From positions 25,730,001 to 25,794,000 of the forward strand of contig NC_083288.1 in NCBI RefSeq assembly GCF_963506605.1: DNA of 64,000 nt. The letters run 5' to 3'. The first letter of the stretch is position 1, and each line of letters opens with the position of its first letter. The notes below the pieces were generated by a model, which did not search any database, had not been told where the DNA came from, and saw only the letters and a program-made list of their open reading frames with translations. Below are positions 61,080-64,000 of the stretch, in pieces. The stretch is from Zootoca vivipara (lineage: Eukaryota). The translations under genes and the position numbers were made by a program.

Positions 61080-62238
61080 CTCTTCAAACCAAGACAGGAC
61101 TCCTAGGTCTACTCCTCACCAAGTAACTCAGTGGTAGAGCACATGCTCATTCTCCAACATCTGCAGGTAGGGCTGCGATTGCCCCTGGAGAACCTTTGCT
61201 GGTCATTGTCAACCATACTGTGCTACATGGACCAATGGTCTGGATCAGTAGAAGGCAGCTTCCTAGGTACAGTACTGTATCTGATATCTGGGCTTTATCA
61301 CTTTGGATTGAAAGTGGGAGCTCACATGGGCAAATGCTTCTCACATACCGTAACCTCCTCCATTTCTCTGATGAAAAGAGGGAAGTCCAATACTATTTTT
61401 CTAGGAAAAGAAGTGCTGGAACTCACCACGAACACCTCCTTCATTCTCTTAGAATGCAATGGTGCCCACCTGAGAGGTGCTGGCAAGTTCCAGCTGAAAA
61501 AAAGCCCTCGGAACATTCTATGCAATGCATCTCTTTAGCCCGGTAGATGCCACATTGGGACTGGAAACCTTGGATTTGAGCCTTGCTCCGTACATTTATT
61601 CACAACAACTTTTCAAACTAAAGAGTCACCCTCAATTAAAGTAGACCAATTAATTAAAAGCTGATTAATAGAAGCATTTAATGTTGCAGCCCTAGAATTA
61701 AAGTGTGCATATAATTCAAGAGGGCTTTTGTAAAGGCACACCCAAAGATTGTGAATCAAACAAAGCACTGTACATTGAAACAGTAGCTAAACTGTAAAAG
61801 CGAGAAAGGCGGAATCCTTTCATGATGAATCCTGTAAGTTACATTATAATCAAAACACCATTGCAGCAGGAGGAGGAGGTTTTTAGCAGACTTGGGGGAA
61901 TGCTAAGATTTGCAAAAGTAGAACTGAAATATTTAGACACAGAACTCTAATGGAGGAAGGAAATGCCATCTAGTTGTTGGGAGTGGGGATGAAATGGAAT
62001 ATCCTGGGAAAGGGTGGGGTTCGTCTGGCCAACTGGGGCCCTAAACAGCAATGCTCTGTACTTCCCACTTCATGAGAGATGGATTCCGGAACTGCCAGCT
62101 TCCGTACAGCATCACTTTGAAAGCCGAACACACTTACCTTAATTTATGCCGTTGTCTGCCATTGCTTATTATAACTTATTATAAATTTGGCGGAAGCTCG
62201 GGGCTTGCTAAATGAAAAAGCTAACTTGTAACACATAC

Positions 62239-62315
62239 CCAACGACCAATGGATTCTTCTCCAGGTCTTCTTCTATATGGCAACAGCAGCAGCAAACTTT
62301 GTACCAGAAATTCAT
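62239..62315 (-). CDS. Melanoregulin-like (MREG paralog) exon 1 of 5 (CDS span 56725-62315, 226 aa)
   Basis: MNFWYKVCCCCCHIEEDLEKNPLVV(G): Cys cluster and EKxPLV as in MREG (…TVCCCC…EKEPLV); 77 nt, phase-2 GTATGT donor. Confidence 0.85.
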
Positions 62316-64000
62316 CTCTCTCCCTCTCTCTCTCTCAAAGTATAATAAATGCTAAGACAGGCTGGAGACCAGCATATTGAAACGCGATAAAATAGAAGAT
62401 GGAGAGAAAATAGATAGGGTAGATCCAAGTCCAAGTAGTAAAGGAATTCCACTTGGGAAGGCAAAGGAGTTCTATGAATTCTCTTTAAATATCATCTGCA
62501 CATCATAAGCAGTGATCATGTGAGATTCTCCCCCTTCCGCCATAGCTTAAGGCCTTTAAAACAAACTGCAGAGTGTGAAATAGTGTATTGTATGTTGCCT
62601 CTGTGTTTATATGGAATGAAAAGTAGGTTTGTTTTTCAAATCTTCAAGAAAGACCACAGGATTAGATGAGTTGCGAGGCACTGTGGAACCACATGAAGCC
62701 AAAGGATTAGAGGCACAGAAAGGCAGAACAGAACCCAGGCCTTGCTGTGGTTATCCACTGGGAGAAATTCTGCAGTCTATTCTTTTTGCAACCAGCCCTT
62801 CCTCCAAGCAGCTCAGGGTAGCATAAATGGAGCCATCTCAGTTTATCCTCACAGCTACTTTGCAAGTGTCGTTACAGTGGGCAAGACAGTGGCTTGCACC
62901 CAAAGAGCTTCTTAATCGCCAAGTAGGTTGTTTGAGCCTAGCAGGGCTGGTCCTGTCATTAGGCAGAGTAAGGTGACTGCTTCTGGCGGCATATGCTAAG
63001 AACCAGTGGTGCCCCATAGCTCTTCTTCCTTTGTTGTGCATCTTGCCCTCCCCCTTAGGGTCTGTGCTTTGCCCTGTTATTAGTACTGAAGTAGGATTCA
63101 GTGGCCAGCCCAGTTGGCTACTAGAGGTGGAAAGAGCATGTTGTATGGGCTATTTTGCCCGAAGCAACATGTCTTGGTCCAGCCTTGGAGTTAGACTTGG
63201 GCCACATTCCACCTTAAAATACTATAACAGTTTAAAAACAGTCATGGCTTCCCAATTGCCAGAGTGGATTAACCCACAATCGATCCACAGTGACAGGGAC
63301 CTCTGGGAACTGTAGCTCTGGGAGAGGAATAGGGGTCCACTAACAGCTCTGTGTTTCATGAAGTCTCTGGAGGAAGTGATGGCTGTTTAGAGTAGCCTTA
63401 CTCTGCCCAGGGTTAATAGAATAACCACATACCCATTTGCAATTCTTAGCCTTTTCCATTTAATTTTATGTCCCCACTTCTGCTATAAAACTCGTTGCGT
63501 GACCTTGGGTCGTGCATGGATTTGTTTCCACTGGAAGGCCAACATCCCATCTTGTGCTAAAAAGGAGTATTCTGCTCATGTGGACAGTAGATCTCCAAAG
63601 CTGCAACCCTGCAGAAGTTCACCACTTGGCTGGCACACTAGCTGTGCAAGTAGACCGCACCCGTGAGCAGTTTCTAAATGTAAGTTGCTAACTGGTGTTA
63701 TCAAGATCAGAGTCTAATATAATTCTAATATAATTTTCCATCTGTAAAATGCCGAACAGTAAATCTTCCCAGGATTGCTCCTAGGGCAAAAGCAACAGAA
63801 CACTTTGAAATTCCCAGGCAAATGATCTGGGGAGGAATCCCAATGAACACACGGAGATTTGCCCCTGGGAAAGCAGGGTTGTGATCATGCTGCCAAAACG
63901 CCAGTAAACTGTGTAATTGTTTTATTCCGCTTTCCAGATAATTACTGTCTCCCAAAGCAGCTCACATAAGTTAAAAGAGAGAAGGAGGAGGAGGAGAAGG

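Noticed and set aside
61322-61525. Possible extra MREG-like exon (…LDFPLFIREMEEVT|gtatgt)
   Set aside because: Matches the recurring ttttcatcagagaaatgttggagggtatg repeat terminus (also at about 39830, 40060, 41600, 51350); exons 1 and 2 already join in frame.
56700-64000. STARD3, expected from human synteny
   Set aside because: No MENTAL or START domain exons recognised; the coding exons here are melanoregulin-like.
1-64000. Prokaryotic systems such as CRISPR arrays or operons
   Set aside because: The sequence is vertebrate genomic DNA; the recurring repeats are TEs and microsatellites, not regularly spaced arrays.

Overview
Eukaryotic, intron-rich squamate (lizard, probably lacertid) genomic DNA, judged from Bov-B LINEs, Sauria SINEs and tRNA-Lys/CR1 SINEs. 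It is syntenic with the human 17q12 ERBB2 block. Gene models were built by hand from GT-AG junctions and reading-frame continuity. Left to right: ERBB2 exon 1 (- strand, 4099-4183; the rest lies off the left edge), complete PGAP3 (+, 8 exons, 12205-22875, 322 aa), complete PNMT (-, 3 exons, 31313-39064, 266 aa), complete TCAP/telethonin (+, 2 exons, 42747-44309, 177 aa), and a complete 5-exon melanoregulin (MREG)-like gene (-, 56725-62315, 226 aa) that the ORF track shows only in scraps. The MREG-like gene sits where mammals have STARD3 and looks like a whole-genome-duplication paralog lost from mammals. Other highlights: a 6-codon uORF just before the ERBB2 start that mirrors the human HER2 uORF; TCAP inverted relative to human and N-terminally extended; a degenerate minimal hammerhead ribozyme inside a Penelope-like insertion; a 5S rRNA-derived relic; many hAT and Tc1/mariner MITEs with clean TSDs; and two related solo LTRs. 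Most ORFs in the track are spurious or repeat-derived.
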